Of a stretch of DNA of 64,000 nt, positions 27,121 through 36,823 are shown one piece after another. This DNA comes from a virus. Lineage: Duplodnaviria; Caudoviricetes. Position 1 is the first letter of the stretch. Every line of letters begins with the position of its first letter. The stretch is taken from positions 1-64,000 of IMG/VR virus record IMGVR_UViG_3300037455_000221; one strand, given 5' to 3'. The notes under the pieces are model-generated. The model ran no database searches, was not told the origin of the DNA, and saw nothing but the letters and a program-made list of their open reading frames with translations. The position numbers and the translations under genes are program-made.

Positions 27121-28293
27121 ATGACGAGAAAAACGATTAATGAGATAAATGAAAGACTTAAAACACATAGTACATTACAAATATTATATCCAACATCTAA
27201 CGAAGATGTGATGTGTAGGTGTTCAAAGTGTAATCAACAATTTGAAAAGCATCGAAAAGATTTATGGAATAAAATAATAGGATGTCCGGTGTGTAGGAAT
27301 TTAAAAATTATAAAAGGATATAATGATGTTGCTACTACTGATCCATGGATGGTGAAATATTTTGTTGATAAAGAAGATGCTTATAAATACCCATCTCGAT
27401 CTCGTAAAAAGGTTAAAGTGAAATGCCCAGATTGTGGGTATGAAAGATCTATCGAACTTAATAATTTACACAAAAGAGGGTTTTCATGTCCTTGTAATAA
27501 TAAGGGTTATCATCGTGTTATTACCGGGATTAATGACGCGGCAACTCTTGTCCCGTGGATACTTGATTATTTAGTAGATAAAGATTTGGCATACACTCAT
27601 GCTCCTGGTTCATTGACTTCAACGGAGTTTCAATGTCCATACTGTCATACTATAGTAAAGCGATATATGCATGATGTGAGTAAACGCGGATTTATTTGTC
27701 CCATTTGTAGTGACGGAGTATCCTACCCTAATAAATTTGGCAGAGCTTTTATCAAACAAACTAAAGCTGAGAATGTTGAATTCGAGTATATACGAGATTG
27801 GACTGGCGGTAGATATTATGATATTTATTTCGAATATCAGGGTAAAAAATATTTTATAGAATTAGATGGGGAATTACACTTTAAATCATTATATGGAATG
27901 ACTTTAAAAGAGATTCAAGATAATGATAAATATAAAAATACAATAGCAAAACAACATGACATTATAATGATTCGAATTGATTGTCGTAAATCAGATAAAG
28001 ACTATATCAGGAAAAATATCGAGCAAAGTATTTTGAGAGATATATTTGATTTAACAACAATTGATTGGAATTTATGTGATGTGTTTTCTTGTTCCAGCTT
28101 AATGAGAACTGTATGTGACGATTATAATAAAGGTGAATTATTAATAAATGAAATTGCCGACAAATATCATCTTTCAACGCAAACAGTTAGTAGATATGTT
28201 AAGACTGGGATTAGTAACGGATTATGTATCTTTAATAAAGATAACAGAACTCGTGCTAGAAGAATATTGAATAAAAGGAATTGTTTTACTTAA
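27121..28293 (+). CDS. free-standing zinc-ribbon PD-(D/E)xK endonuclease (homing-endonuclease-like)
   Basis: Repeated CxxC ribbons (G.ND.AT..PW units), YDIYF...IELDGELH, C-terminal HTH; AT-rich relative to neighbours. Confidence 0.75.
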   Translation: MTRKTINEINERLKTHSTLQILYPTSNEDVMCRCSKCNQQFEKHRKDLWNKIIGCPVCRNLKIIKGYNDVATTDPWMVKYFVDKEDAYKYPSRSRKKVKVKCPDCGYERSIELNNLHKRGFSCPCNNKGYHRVITGINDAATLVPWILDYLVDKDLAYTHAPGSLTSTEFQCPYCHTIVKRYMHDVSKRGFICPICSDGVSYPNKFGRAFIKQTKAENVEFEYIRDWTGGRYYDIYFEYQGKKYFIELDGELHFKSLYGMTLKEIQDNDKYKNTIAKQHDIIMIRIDCRKSDKDYIRKNIEQSILRDIFDLTTIDWNLCDVFSCSSLMRTVCDDYNKGELLINEIADKYHLSTQTVSRYVKTGISNGLCIFNKDNRTRARRILNKRNCFT

Positions 28294-28328
28294 CATTTAA
28301 ACATTTTTTGATAAAGGAGAATAATAAA

Positions 28329-29729
28329 ATGGCTAATATAGAAAAGGTTCTTATTGATCTTACTGGTCTTACTACTTATGATGCTGCGATTAAGGAATGG
28401 GCTAACAGCGCTTCTCAGGTTGCTTACAAGTCTGTGCTGCTCAGTGCAGATGGGAATAATGTTTATTTTTACAAGAAGGCAAATGCTGTTCTCGGCACTG
28501 ATACCCCTGATGCTACTATCGCACTCGGCGGCGGAGATCTTTCTACAAAGCTGGCTGCCCTTGCAACTGCATGTGGTGCTACATGGGATAGCACTCATTC
28601 TACATATACTCTTGATCTCGACAATACATTTGGACAAAATACTGATACCATCGTTGAGGCTCTCAATGAACTTAAGGGTCAGATCAATACTCTGAACGCA
28701 AATGATACTACTGCCGGTTCAGTTGCAAAGTCTATCAAGGATGCTGTTGAAGGACTTGATGTTAGCGAGTTTGCACTTGCTTCTGAATCTTCAGGAGTAG
28801 TCACCATTAAGGGTGTAAAGGAAGTTGACGGTAAGATTGCTGTTGGCACTGATACTACTAAGGACGTAACTCTTGCAAAGGTTGCTACTACTGGAACCGC
28901 TGCTGATATTGCGATTACAGATTCTGGATCACACTACACTTCTACTGATGTCGAAGGCGCTCTTGCAGAGGCTGCTACTTCTGCTGCTTCTAAAACTGTT
29001 TATATCACTGAGACCGCTGGTGGATCAGGAGATGCATTCAGCAAGCGCTATGGTGTATATCAGGGATCTACCGGATCCTCTTCTTCTCCTGTTGTAGGTG
29101 AGAAGCTTGCAGATATTGATATCCCTAAGGATATGGTTGTTGAAGAAGGTTCTGTTGTTGATATTACCTATGATAATGGTCATCTTTACGATGGAGTTAC
29201 TGATGTAACTGAGATTATTAAGGGTGCTGGCGGAACTGCTACTGCTGCTGATGCTGGTAAGTATATTAAGCTTATCATTGCTAATGCTACTAGCGATACT
29301 ATTTATATTGCTGCTAAGGCTCTTGTTGATGTCTATACAGTAGAGGCAAATGCTTCCGAGATTCAGCTTGCAATTAGCAACGCTAATGAGATCTCCGCTT
29401 CTGTTGTGAATATTGATGGTTCAAAGATTGGTTATACCTACAGTGGTGGAACTATGACTGAGTCTGTTGCTGCAGCTCTTACGAGACTTGATGGATCTGA
29501 TAGCACTACTGGCTCTGTTGCTAAGAAGATTAAGGATGCTATCGAAGCTCTTGACACTCAGTCCGATGTTGCTGTTGCCACTTATACTGCTGGCACTTCA
29601 GGTGCTGCTGATGTAATCAGTCTTACTGGTTCTGTTAAGGAGCAGGATGGTGTTATTTCTGCAGGAACAGCAGATACTGTTAATCTTAACATTGTTACTA
29701 CTGCACAGATAAATGCATTATTCTCATAA
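28329..29729 (+). CDS. fibre/decoration structural protein
   Basis: A/T/G/S-rich; repeated GSVAK.IKDA; N-terminal IDLTGLTTYD and C-terminal TTAQINALFS. Confidence 0.7.
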   Translation: MANIEKVLIDLTGLTTYDAAIKEWANSASQVAYKSVLLSADGNNVYFYKKANAVLGTDTPDATIALGGGDLSTKLAALATACGATWDSTHSTYTLDLDNTFGQNTDTIVEALNELKGQINTLNANDTTAGSVAKSIKDAVEGLDVSEFALASESSGVVTIKGVKEVDGKIAVGTDTTKDVTLAKVATTGTAADIAITDSGSHYTSTDVEGALAEAATSAASKTVYITETAGGSGDAFSKRYGVYQGSTGSSSSPVVGEKLADIDIPKDMVVEEGSVVDITYDNGHLYDGVTDVTEIIKGAGGTATAADAGKYIKLIIANATSDTIYIAAKALVDVYTVEANASEIQLAISNANEISASVVNIDGSKIGYTYSGGTMTESVAAALTRLDGSDSTTGSVAKKIKDAIEALDTQSDVAVATYTAGTSGAADVISLTGSVKEQDGVISAGTADTVNLNIVTTAQINALFS

Positions 29730-29751
29730 TCTAAGAAAGGAGATTTAGGAG

Positions 29752-32391
29752 ATGAGTGTTATAGAAAAAGATATCCTTGATCTCCAAGGATTACAAACGT
29801 ATGATGCGTTAATAAAAAATAATATAGAATTTGATAATTTAAAAGATCGCCCCGTCAAGGAGGTAACTCCTATGGCGGAGGTGATCACGCCGCTGCCGGC
29901 CGAAGGCCAATGCGGTGATATGCTTCGTGCTGTCTATGATACTGACAGAGATGGCATAGTCGATAATGCAGAAAATTCACAACATTCACAAAATTCACAA
30001 GCCCTTAACGGACACGCTGATACATATTTTGGTACGGCTTCTCAGATATCTACTCTTACTGATAATCTTGCTGATGAAGTATCAAACAGAATGGATGGGG
30101 ATAATGCCCTTACCACGGCTCTTGCTGTTGAGAGAGCAAGAATTGATAACATCATCGCACTTCCCGATGGTTCTACCACGGCTGATGCAGAACTTGTTGA
30201 TATCAGAACGGGTGCTGATGGCACGACGTATGCAAGTGCGGGTAATGCTGTCAGAGGTCAGGTCAATGATTTAAAGAGCGGATTGACCGAACGTGCGAAG
30301 GAGATTTGCAATCTTGGCGAACTCGTAAAGAATTGCACAGAACCTTTTACGTTTACAGGAGTAGACTTTCCAATAAAGAATAAATACCCAAGTTGGTCAG
30401 ATGCAAACCTAAATAACAACAATGATTATGATACAACATACTTTATTTCCGTAAGGGGAATAATCTCTTTTGAATTAACAGGGTATTCTTCATCAGTAAG
30501 ACCCGTTACTTTCTATGACGAAAACTTTGCTTTCGTTTCGGGAGGCTTTCAATCTGCGTTCATAACTGTACCTTCGGGTGCGTTCTTCATGCGTATTGGC
30601 ATTGAGAAGACAAACGAAAGCAATTTTACGATCAGCAATGTAAGGACTTATTTAAACAGCGAGATATTCGGTATAGAAGAAGTGCAGAAGTCTATGCTTG
30701 GCGGGGATGAAACTGTCAACTTCTATAACACATCAGCAGAATCTTTTGGTACTACCGGAAATACATTTTGGACAGTAGACCGGAAGTTTATTAAAGGAAC
30801 GCTGATTAAAAGCATAACATTAACACCAGGCTCAGGAGCCACAAGAGTAAATATTGGAAGGATGGATATTGCCACCAACGAATATTTGGAATATGGTGAT
30901 TTCCCCGTTAAGAATGGAGAAAATACTTTTTCTTTAAATATTACCACGGATATTGATTGTTATATCGTACTGAAAACCATACATAGTTTTCACTCTAATA
31001 GTGTACCAAGTGGTTACAACCTTCTTGAATTTTCATTAAGCGGAACAACACTTACGAAGCTTCAAACTCTTCAGAATTTTGGAATAAAGGTAACTGTTAC
31101 TGATTGTATTGTATTGCCCGAAGTTGTTGATGCAAGGATAGGCTATGACGGAACTGTTTACGATAGTCTTGGAAATGCAATAAGAGAGCAGGTAATGAGT
31201 ATCGGTGATTTGGTCGGTACTAAGCCTATTGTTAAATATACAAACTCAGAGTTTGGATTCACAGATGGCAAGTATTACAATTGGAGTGACGGAAACCTTA
31301 GTGTCAATGCAGATTATTGTTATTCAAAATTCATTGACATAAACAACTTAGGTTTTGCACTTCTTGCTATCTTTAACAACATTGGAAGAGTAAATAGTAT
31401 CTGTTTCTTTGATTCCTCAAAAACATTTATTTCGGGTGCGTTTTCTACGCTGACATTCGATATTCCAAGTGGTGCAGCTTATTTCACGGTTAGCGTTCCT
31501 ATTACTTCAAAGGCTGATTTCTATATCCTTGCACTTCAGGCAACAGACGTAATTGAAGTTGGAAAGAATAAGCCTATAAAGAAAATAAATGATGCGTTGA
31601 ATATCGCATACGCTTTCGAAAGCATTTCAAACCCCATCACTATCATGGTCTATCCTGGAGTGTATGAAGAGGTTCTGTTTATTCAGGGAACACATTATGT
31701 ATCAATCATCGGTGTTAATCGTGACGAATGTATCATCAAAGATGGAACAGCAATGTATGACAATGCACCTTTGAGAATACAAGGACAGTGTTACATAGCA
31801 AACCTTTCAATCATTTCAAACGCTGATACTTATTCATCAGAAACCGGAACGGGATTCAGTGCATGGAAGACCGATGTATTAAATGGTGTCAAGAATCCCG
31901 AATGGCTTGGAACAATCGGTTCATATGCCGTACATTGTGATGATACGACCAACGGGGAAGAGACAGTATCAAGATTTGAGAATTGTTATATGTATTCATG
32001 TACCATGCCTGCATTTGGTTCGGGCACACAAGAGAATAACAGAATCGAACTTGTTAATTGTGAAATGGTTTGTGACATTGATCCCGATATCGGTGAACTT
32101 GTCAATTCAAATACTCAGGGATGCTTACTTATCCACGGACATAACAATGGAGATAACATGAGCGTTTTCGTTAAGGATTGTTATATCGAAAGCGTGAACT
32201 GTAAGAGCGTTCATATGTATCCTGTCGGAGCAAATAACGATATCAAAATAGCGTTCCTCAATAACACGTTCATGAACAATAGGCAGGTATCTCAATCAGC
32301 AATGATTGATTTCACATTTGATTCATCCACTATTGAGAAGTGTTCACATGGTAACAACCTTGATTTCTTTAATAAGACACTTGGAACGTGA
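29752..32391 (+). CDS. spike/fibre with pectin-lyase-like beta-helix (putative depolymerase)
   Basis: Two E.VD.R.G.DGT.Y.S.GNA.R.QV repeats; C-terminal IKKINDAL...VYPGVYEE...VSIIG pectinesterase-like start. Confidence 0.7.
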   Translation: MSVIEKDILDLQGLQTYDALIKNNIEFDNLKDRPVKEVTPMAEVITPLPAEGQCGDMLRAVYDTDRDGIVDNAENSQHSQNSQALNGHADTYFGTASQISTLTDNLADEVSNRMDGDNALTTALAVERARIDNIIALPDGSTTADAELVDIRTGADGTTYASAGNAVRGQVNDLKSGLTERAKEICNLGELVKNCTEPFTFTGVDFPIKNKYPSWSDANLNNNNDYDTTYFISVRGIISFELTGYSSSVRPVTFYDENFAFVSGGFQSAFITVPSGAFFMRIGIEKTNESNFTISNVRTYLNSEIFGIEEVQKSMLGGDETVNFYNTSAESFGTTGNTFWTVDRKFIKGTLIKSITLTPGSGATRVNIGRMDIATNEYLEYGDFPVKNGENTFSLNITTDIDCYIVLKTIHSFHSNSVPSGYNLLEFSLSGTTLTKLQTLQNFGIKVTVTDCIVLPEVVDARIGYDGTVYDSLGNAIREQVMSIGDLVGTKPIVKYTNSEFGFTDGKYYNWSDGNLSVNADYCYSKFIDINNLGFALLAIFNNIGRVNSICFFDSSKTFISGAFSTLTFDIPSGAAYFTVSVPITSKADFYILALQATDVIEVGKNKPIKKINDALNIAYAFESISNPITIMVYPGVYEEVLFIQGTHYVSIIGVNRDECIIKDGTAMYDNAPLRIQGQCYIANLSIISNADTYSSETGTGFSAWKTDVLNGVKNPEWLGTIGSYAVHCDDTTNGEETVSRFENCYMYSCTMPAFGSGTQENNRIELVNCEMVCDIDPDIGELVNSNTQGCLLIHGHNNGDNMSVFVKDCYIESVNCKSVHMYPVGANNDIKIAFLNNTFMNNRQVSQSAMIDFTFDSSTIEKCSHGNNLDFFNKTLGT

Positions 32392-32404
32392 TTAAGGAGA
32401 ATAA

Positions 32405-32494
32405 ATGGACACAATAATCTCTTCTATCATAACCGGAATAGTCGCTATCACTACTTGTCTAATCACTCAGGGCATGGCTAACAGAAAGAGATAA
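32405..32494 (+). pseudogene. truncated holin-like gene remnant (MDTIISSIITGIVAITTCLITQGMANRKR)
   Basis: AAGGAG RBS; single TM helix; stops after 29 aa. Confidence 0.4.
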
Positions 32495-32529
32495 TTAGCG
32501 GGTGGGTTTTCCTCCCGCTAACATAACAA

Positions 32530-32561
32530 GGGATGCCTCCAATCGGAGGTATCTCTTTTTA
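32530..32561 (+). terminator. intrinsic terminator
   Basis: gggatgcctcc-aatc-ggaggtatctc followed by TTTT. Confidence 0.6.
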
Positions 32562-32602
32562 TGCTTTAAAAATTTAAAAATAAATGAAAGGAGAAAAACA
32601 CG

Positions 32603-34363
32603 ATGGCAAATATAACTCATTCAGATGAGCTTGTGACAAAACAAGATTTGCATAGTTTTTATCAGGGTATATATCCGTATCTCGGCTCTAAATCACAATC
32701 AGATTGGGATGAGTCAGATGTCACGAAAACTTCTTACATTAAAAATAAACCAAATTTATATCTGATATTTGATGGCACAAAGGCTACTTACCAGAGAAAT
32801 ATGAAGAACTGGTTTAACGCTAATGGTGTGGACACTGCGGACGCGGAGGAATTAACACATCTTTGCGAGAGATGGTATAAAGTCAGCGCGATAGGCTGGA
32901 AGGGCGGTGTGTCTTTTCCCGCCATCACAGAGTCTACCGGTTCGACCGGCACAAAGTTCGGCGATAATGTGGGGCTGACTTGTGTTCCGTCTACTGACAC
33001 GGTGGCTAATACTGACGATTATCAGGGACTTCCGCTGTTTGCAATAACTGACTGCAACTGGGAGCTTGATGAGAACGGTAATATTCTCATTACGGCAATT
33101 GATGGAATTACCGACAATTTCAAACGCAATGATCCAACAGTATTTGTTGGCGTAATACAACAGACTGGTTATGTGAAGAAGGTTAATACTGCAACTACAC
33201 AGGACTATTATTATGCTGATGCTGCAAATGCGTATGAAAATCTTGTGCCATTACCTGAGGCTATTAAGCTCGATGGTACAGTGAGGAGCTTCGTGGTGCA
33301 CGCTAAATATATGAGCGGCATTGTAAATTCAAAGATGACTTGCTGTTCTGGCGTAATACCTAGAAGAAATATTTCGCACAATGGACTTATTACAATGCCC
33401 GATAATATTGGCACACAGTACAGCGGAGGTACAAGCGTTGACTGGTCATTTCTTGTATGGATGCAGAGAATAAAGTATGCATCACTTACTTCAGATGGAG
33501 TACTTCAAGGATGTTGTGCTTATAATTATCAGTACTATGTGCAAGTGGGCGAAACAGATGTTAAGCGTCTGATACTTGATGCGACACAAGGAGCAAATCT
33601 TAAAGTTGGTTCAACGATATGTTTTGGCTCTTATGCGGGCAATACTGATAGAGGTAATAGCGGTACTTATGATATATCAGGTCAGGATGGCGCGATTATT
33701 ACTTCTATTGAAGATGTAACTATAAATAGTGTGGCCTATAAGGCTGTATACGTAGACGTTACTACTGCATTTACTACAGTCGCAAATGGCGCGGCTACTA
33801 CAGGCACAACCATAGTGAGCACACACCATTGGATATCGGGCATGTGTGATGGCGTTAAGGGTAATGATGGATCGCCCGTGTCGGCTACTAATGGAGTTTA
33901 CCCCGCAATGCTTCAGGGCGTTGAATATATGGTAGGCGGATACGAGGTATTCGCCGATGTTATCATGAATATTTCCGGCGGCTACTACTCTCCTGTCTAT
34001 GCAAGGCGCGCGACATATCAGGCTACGTCTATTACTGAGAATATGGTGGCGTCTACACTTAAGTGTGCTCAGCCTAGTAGTGATGCTTGGAGATATGTTC
34101 AGCAACATGATTTTGATGGAGAGATATTCTACCCTACGTCACAAGGTGCAGATAGTACTAAATATATGAAAGATGGATTTTATATGAATGGTACTACTAC
34201 CACTACTGCAACTAGGGAATGGCTGGCGTTTGGCACCCTGTACAGCGGCTCTGGGCATGCTGGTTTGTCGTGCTTGGCCGGCCACACCGCCCTTGGGGCC
34301 GGTTGGTGGGCCTTCTTGGCGCGCATTTCCCCCAACGGCAATAGGGGTGAATTGGCGGCGTAA
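32603..34363 (+). CDS. DGR target protein (Mtd-like, C-type-lectin-fold receptor-binding protein)
   Basis: 3' end contains the VR; GVEYMVGGYEV motif; ends ...FLARIS. Confidence 0.88.
   Translation: MANITHSDELVTKQDLHSFYQGIYPYLGSKSQSDWDESDVTKTSYIKNKPNLYLIFDGTKATYQRNMKNWFNANGVDTADAEELTHLCERWYKVSAIGWKGGVSFPAITESTGSTGTKFGDNVGLTCVPSTDTVANTDDYQGLPLFAITDCNWELDENGNILITAIDGITDNFKRNDPTVFVGVIQQTGYVKKVNTATTQDYYYADAANAYENLVPLPEAIKLDGTVRSFVVHAKYMSGIVNSKMTCCSGVIPRRNISHNGLITMPDNIGTQYSGGTSVDWSFLVWMQRIKYASLTSDGVLQGCCAYNYQYYVQVGETDVKRLILDATQGANLKVGSTICFGSYAGNTDRGNSGTYDISGQDGAIITSIEDVTINSVAYKAVYVDVTTAFTTVANGAATTGTTIVSTHHWISGMCDGVKGNDGSPVSATNGVYPAMLQGVEYMVGGYEVFADVIMNISGGYYSPVYARRATYQATSITENMVASTLKCAQPSSDAWRYVQQHDFDGEIFYPTSQGADSTKYMKDGFYMNGTTTTTATREWLAFGTLYSGSGHAGLSCLAGHTALGAGWWAFLARISPNGNRGELAA
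34221..34329 (+). repeat. DGR variable repeat (VR)
   Basis: 109 bp; differs from TR at 16 positions, all opposite TR adenines. Confidence 0.97.
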
Positions 34364-34468
34364 GCCGACAAGAGGGGTCTCCCCTTATTTTGTAACTTAT
34401 AAACTAAACTATTTTTGAAAAACCATAGGGTACTTAGTCGAGTGTCTGGGCGGTTCCGGTGTTTCTGG

Positions 34469-34577
34469 GGCTGGCGTTTGGCAACCTGAACAACGGCTCT
34501 GGGAATGCTGGTTTGTCGTACTTGAACGGCAACAACGACCTTGGGAACGGTAGGTGGAACTACTTGGCGCGCATTTC
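34469..34577 (+). repeat. DGR template repeat (TR)
   Basis: AAC-rich copy of the VR, non-coding, directly upstream of the RT. Confidence 0.97.
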
Positions 34578-34715
34578 TTGACTACTCTCGATTAATTAAA
34601 CGGTGTAATAACTATGCGACTATGTATCCTCGCTGCGGCGGAAATAGAGAGCTATTGCAACCGGCTAGTAGGTAATGGCGAAGACCGGCGCTTTCAAAAG
34701 GAAAGGAAAAATATT

Positions 34716-35942
34716 TTGAAGAAAAGGTGTAAACATATTGATATTACTGATCCAAAGACGGTTAGAGATTGGGTAGCAGATTGCATAACTAGACATAAGG
34801 CTCGTTATGATTTTAGAGATATGCTACTTGAAAATGGATTATCTAAAGATGATTATGATAGAGTGATTGATGAACATGCTAATTATTTAATGGAATCTGC
34901 TATCGAAAAGATCACAGCTGAAACATGTAGGAGAATTAAAGAAAGAGATTTGGCTTTGCCTCCTGTGCGTATTCGTGAACAGAAAGATCATACTACTGGT
35001 AAAGTTAGAATGATTGGATGTGAATCTCCTATGCAGCAGATTATGGATTATATTGCTGTTTATTCTTGTCAAGAAATTTTTGATGCAAGAATCGTACCTC
35101 AACAATGCTCATCAGTTCCTGGTCGTGGTCAGGTATATGGGATGAAGTTAATTAGAAAATATGTTAACACCGATAATAGATCCATTAGATATTGTAAGAA
35201 ACATGGATATAAGTATTTTAGTAAATGTAAATACGTTGTAAAACTTGATATTGAAAAATGTTTTCCTTCCGCCAAAATGGAAATATTTATTGATTTATTC
35301 AAGCATGATTGTGGTAATCAAACAATTGTGTGGTTGTGGACAACATTGTTCCTTACTCATCGTTATGCGGGATATGAAGGATTTATGATAGGATCTCTTA
35401 TCTCACAATGGGCTTGTCAGTATATGTTATCATTTGTATATCGAGAAGCTATGAATATTGGTTATGTAAAACGCAATGTAAAGCATAGTTCTGTGTCTCA
35501 TATGATAATGTTTATGGATGATATGGCATTATTCGGGAGTAACAGAGAACAATTACATAAAGCAGTGCTTCATTTGATAACATATACTTATGATAAGCTA
35601 GGTTTTAAGATTAAATTGAATTATGCCATACACCCATTTAGTCAAGTGGATATGATGGGGTATGTAATATATGGTAATGGTACTGTTAGTATTAGGTCTC
35701 GCAATTATATCAAGGCTCGTAGATTAAAGATAAGGTGCATCACGCAAGGTAGTCTTTCGCTGAGGCAATCAAAGAGAATGGTATCATACAAGGGGTTTTT
35801 CAAGCACTCTGATTTTAATAAGCCGGGGATGTTTGAAATATTTTGTATCGCTCAAAACGTAATAAGTGCAAAGGAGAAACATCATGGAGAAGGGAATATA
35901 TTCGGAACTTCCGGAGAGAATAGATTATCTGCAGCATCGTGA
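34716..35942 (+). CDS. DGR reverse transcriptase
   Basis: GKVRMI, PGRG, KLDIEKCFPS, IGSLISQ (DGR-type), FMDD, DMMGY; TTG start after GAAAGGA RBS (track start 34614). Confidence 0.93.
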   Translation: MKKRCKHIDITDPKTVRDWVADCITRHKARYDFRDMLLENGLSKDDYDRVIDEHANYLMESAIEKITAETCRRIKERDLALPPVRIREQKDHTTGKVRMIGCESPMQQIMDYIAVYSCQEIFDARIVPQQCSSVPGRGQVYGMKLIRKYVNTDNRSIRYCKKHGYKYFSKCKYVVKLDIEKCFPSAKMEIFIDLFKHDCGNQTIVWLWTTLFLTHRYAGYEGFMIGSLISQWACQYMLSFVYREAMNIGYVKRNVKHSSVSHMIMFMDDMALFGSNREQLHKAVLHLITYTYDKLGFKIKLNYAIHPFSQVDMMGYVIYGNGTVSIRSRNYIKARRLKIRCITQGSLSLRQSKRMVSYKGFFKHSDFNKPGMFEIFCIAQNVISAKEKHHGEGNIFGTSGENRLSAAS

Positions 35943-36171
35943 TGGGTCTGCTGAGGCTAGACTCAGAAGAAATATAAAAGAAGGACAAGACGATGAAGGG
36001 AATATTATATGGACGGCTACTGAAGTATATATCCCTCATACGATGCTTAGTGAAGAAGAAATAGATGCAAGGTTTAATGACTATTTCGTGGCAGAAGAGC
36101 CTGAAGCAACTATTGCTGATCTCACGGAAGCAATTGACATATTAACAAGTATAGTACTTGGGGAGGAATAA
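35884..36171 (+). CDS. small fibre-associated (chaperone-like) protein
   Basis: AAGGAG RBS; C-terminal helical segment. Confidence 0.6.
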   Translation: MEKGIYSELPERIDYLQHRDGSAEARLRRNIKEGQDDEGNIIWTATEVYIPHTMLSEEEIDARFNDYFVAEEPEATIADLTEAIDILTSIVLGEE

Positions 36172-36174
36172 GTT

Positions 36175-36276
36175 ATGGTGCAGTTTTATTATAAGCTGGT
36201 TAAAGCCGGCAAACTTACTATAGATCAGGTTCCTGAAAAGTACAGAGAACTAGTGAGAGAATTATTGGAAGTGTGA
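36175..36276 (+). CDS. CD1375/XkdX-like small protein (MVQFYYKLVKAGKLTIDQVPEKYRELVRELLEV)
   Basis: Y..LVKAG..TIDQVP...R..V pattern; GGAGG RBS. Confidence 0.65.
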   Translation: MVQFYYKLVKAGKLTIDQVPEKYRELVRELLEV

Positions 36277-36327
36277 TAATTCAATAATATTTACCCCTTT
36301 TATATTATTGATTTATTATATATACAA

Positions 36328-36372
36328 CCCTAGGACAAGCCATTATGGCTTGTCCTAGGGGCTTTTGTTTTT
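36328..36372 (+). terminator. strong palindromic terminator
   Basis: ccctaggacaagccat-t-atggcttgtcctaggg followed by T tracts. Confidence 0.75.
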
Positions 36373-36386
36373 TGAGGAGAATAACT

Positions 36387-36770
36387 ATGGCATATATATA
36401 CAAGAATCCAAATCCACAAAAGAAACGTGTGGGCGATTGTGTAATCCGAGGTGTTTCAATACTAACAAATCAATCATGGATTTATTCTTATATATGTATT
36501 GTCATACAAGGATTAAAGATGTTTGATATGCCCTCTTCTAATGATGTATGGGGATCATACCTTAAATCTCTTGGATATACGAAACATATAATACCAGATA
36601 GCTGTCCAGATTGTTATACGGTGCGGGAGTTCTGTTATGATCATCCGCATGGTAAATATTTGGTAGCTACTGGCAGTCATGTAGTTGCTGTGATTAATGG
36701 CGATTATTATGATACTTGGGATTCCGGCGACGAAGTCCCTGTTTACTATTTTGAGAAAATAGATATATAG
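36387..36770 (+). CDS. papain-like Cys peptidase-fold protein
   Basis: GDCVIR, SHVVAV, YYDTWDS form a Cys-His-Asp arrangement. Confidence 0.6.
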   Translation: MAYIYKNPNPQKKRVGDCVIRGVSILTNQSWIYSYICIVIQGLKMFDMPSSNDVWGSYLKSLGYTKHIIPDSCPDCYTVREFCYDHPHGKYLVATGSHVVAVINGDYYDTWDSGDEVPVYYFEKIDI

Positions 36771-36823
36771 CAGATAAATAAATCTGTTTATATAAATACT
36801 AAAAGACAAAGGAGGAATAAGTT

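Noticed and set aside
26606-32391. Additional DGR variable repeats in other fibre genes
   Set aside because: No second copy of the TR-like sequence was seen by eye at their 3' ends
34614-35942. RT as a group II intron, retron or Abi RT; start at ATG 34614
   Set aside because: The adjacent TR/VR pair and IGxxxSQ motif identify a DGR RT; 34614 lacks an RBS and lies in the paired spacer RNA
35884-36171. ORF after the RT as Avd
   Set aside because: Lacks the basic four-helix Avd character; it is acidic and paired with a CD1375/XkdX-like gene typical of fibre modules
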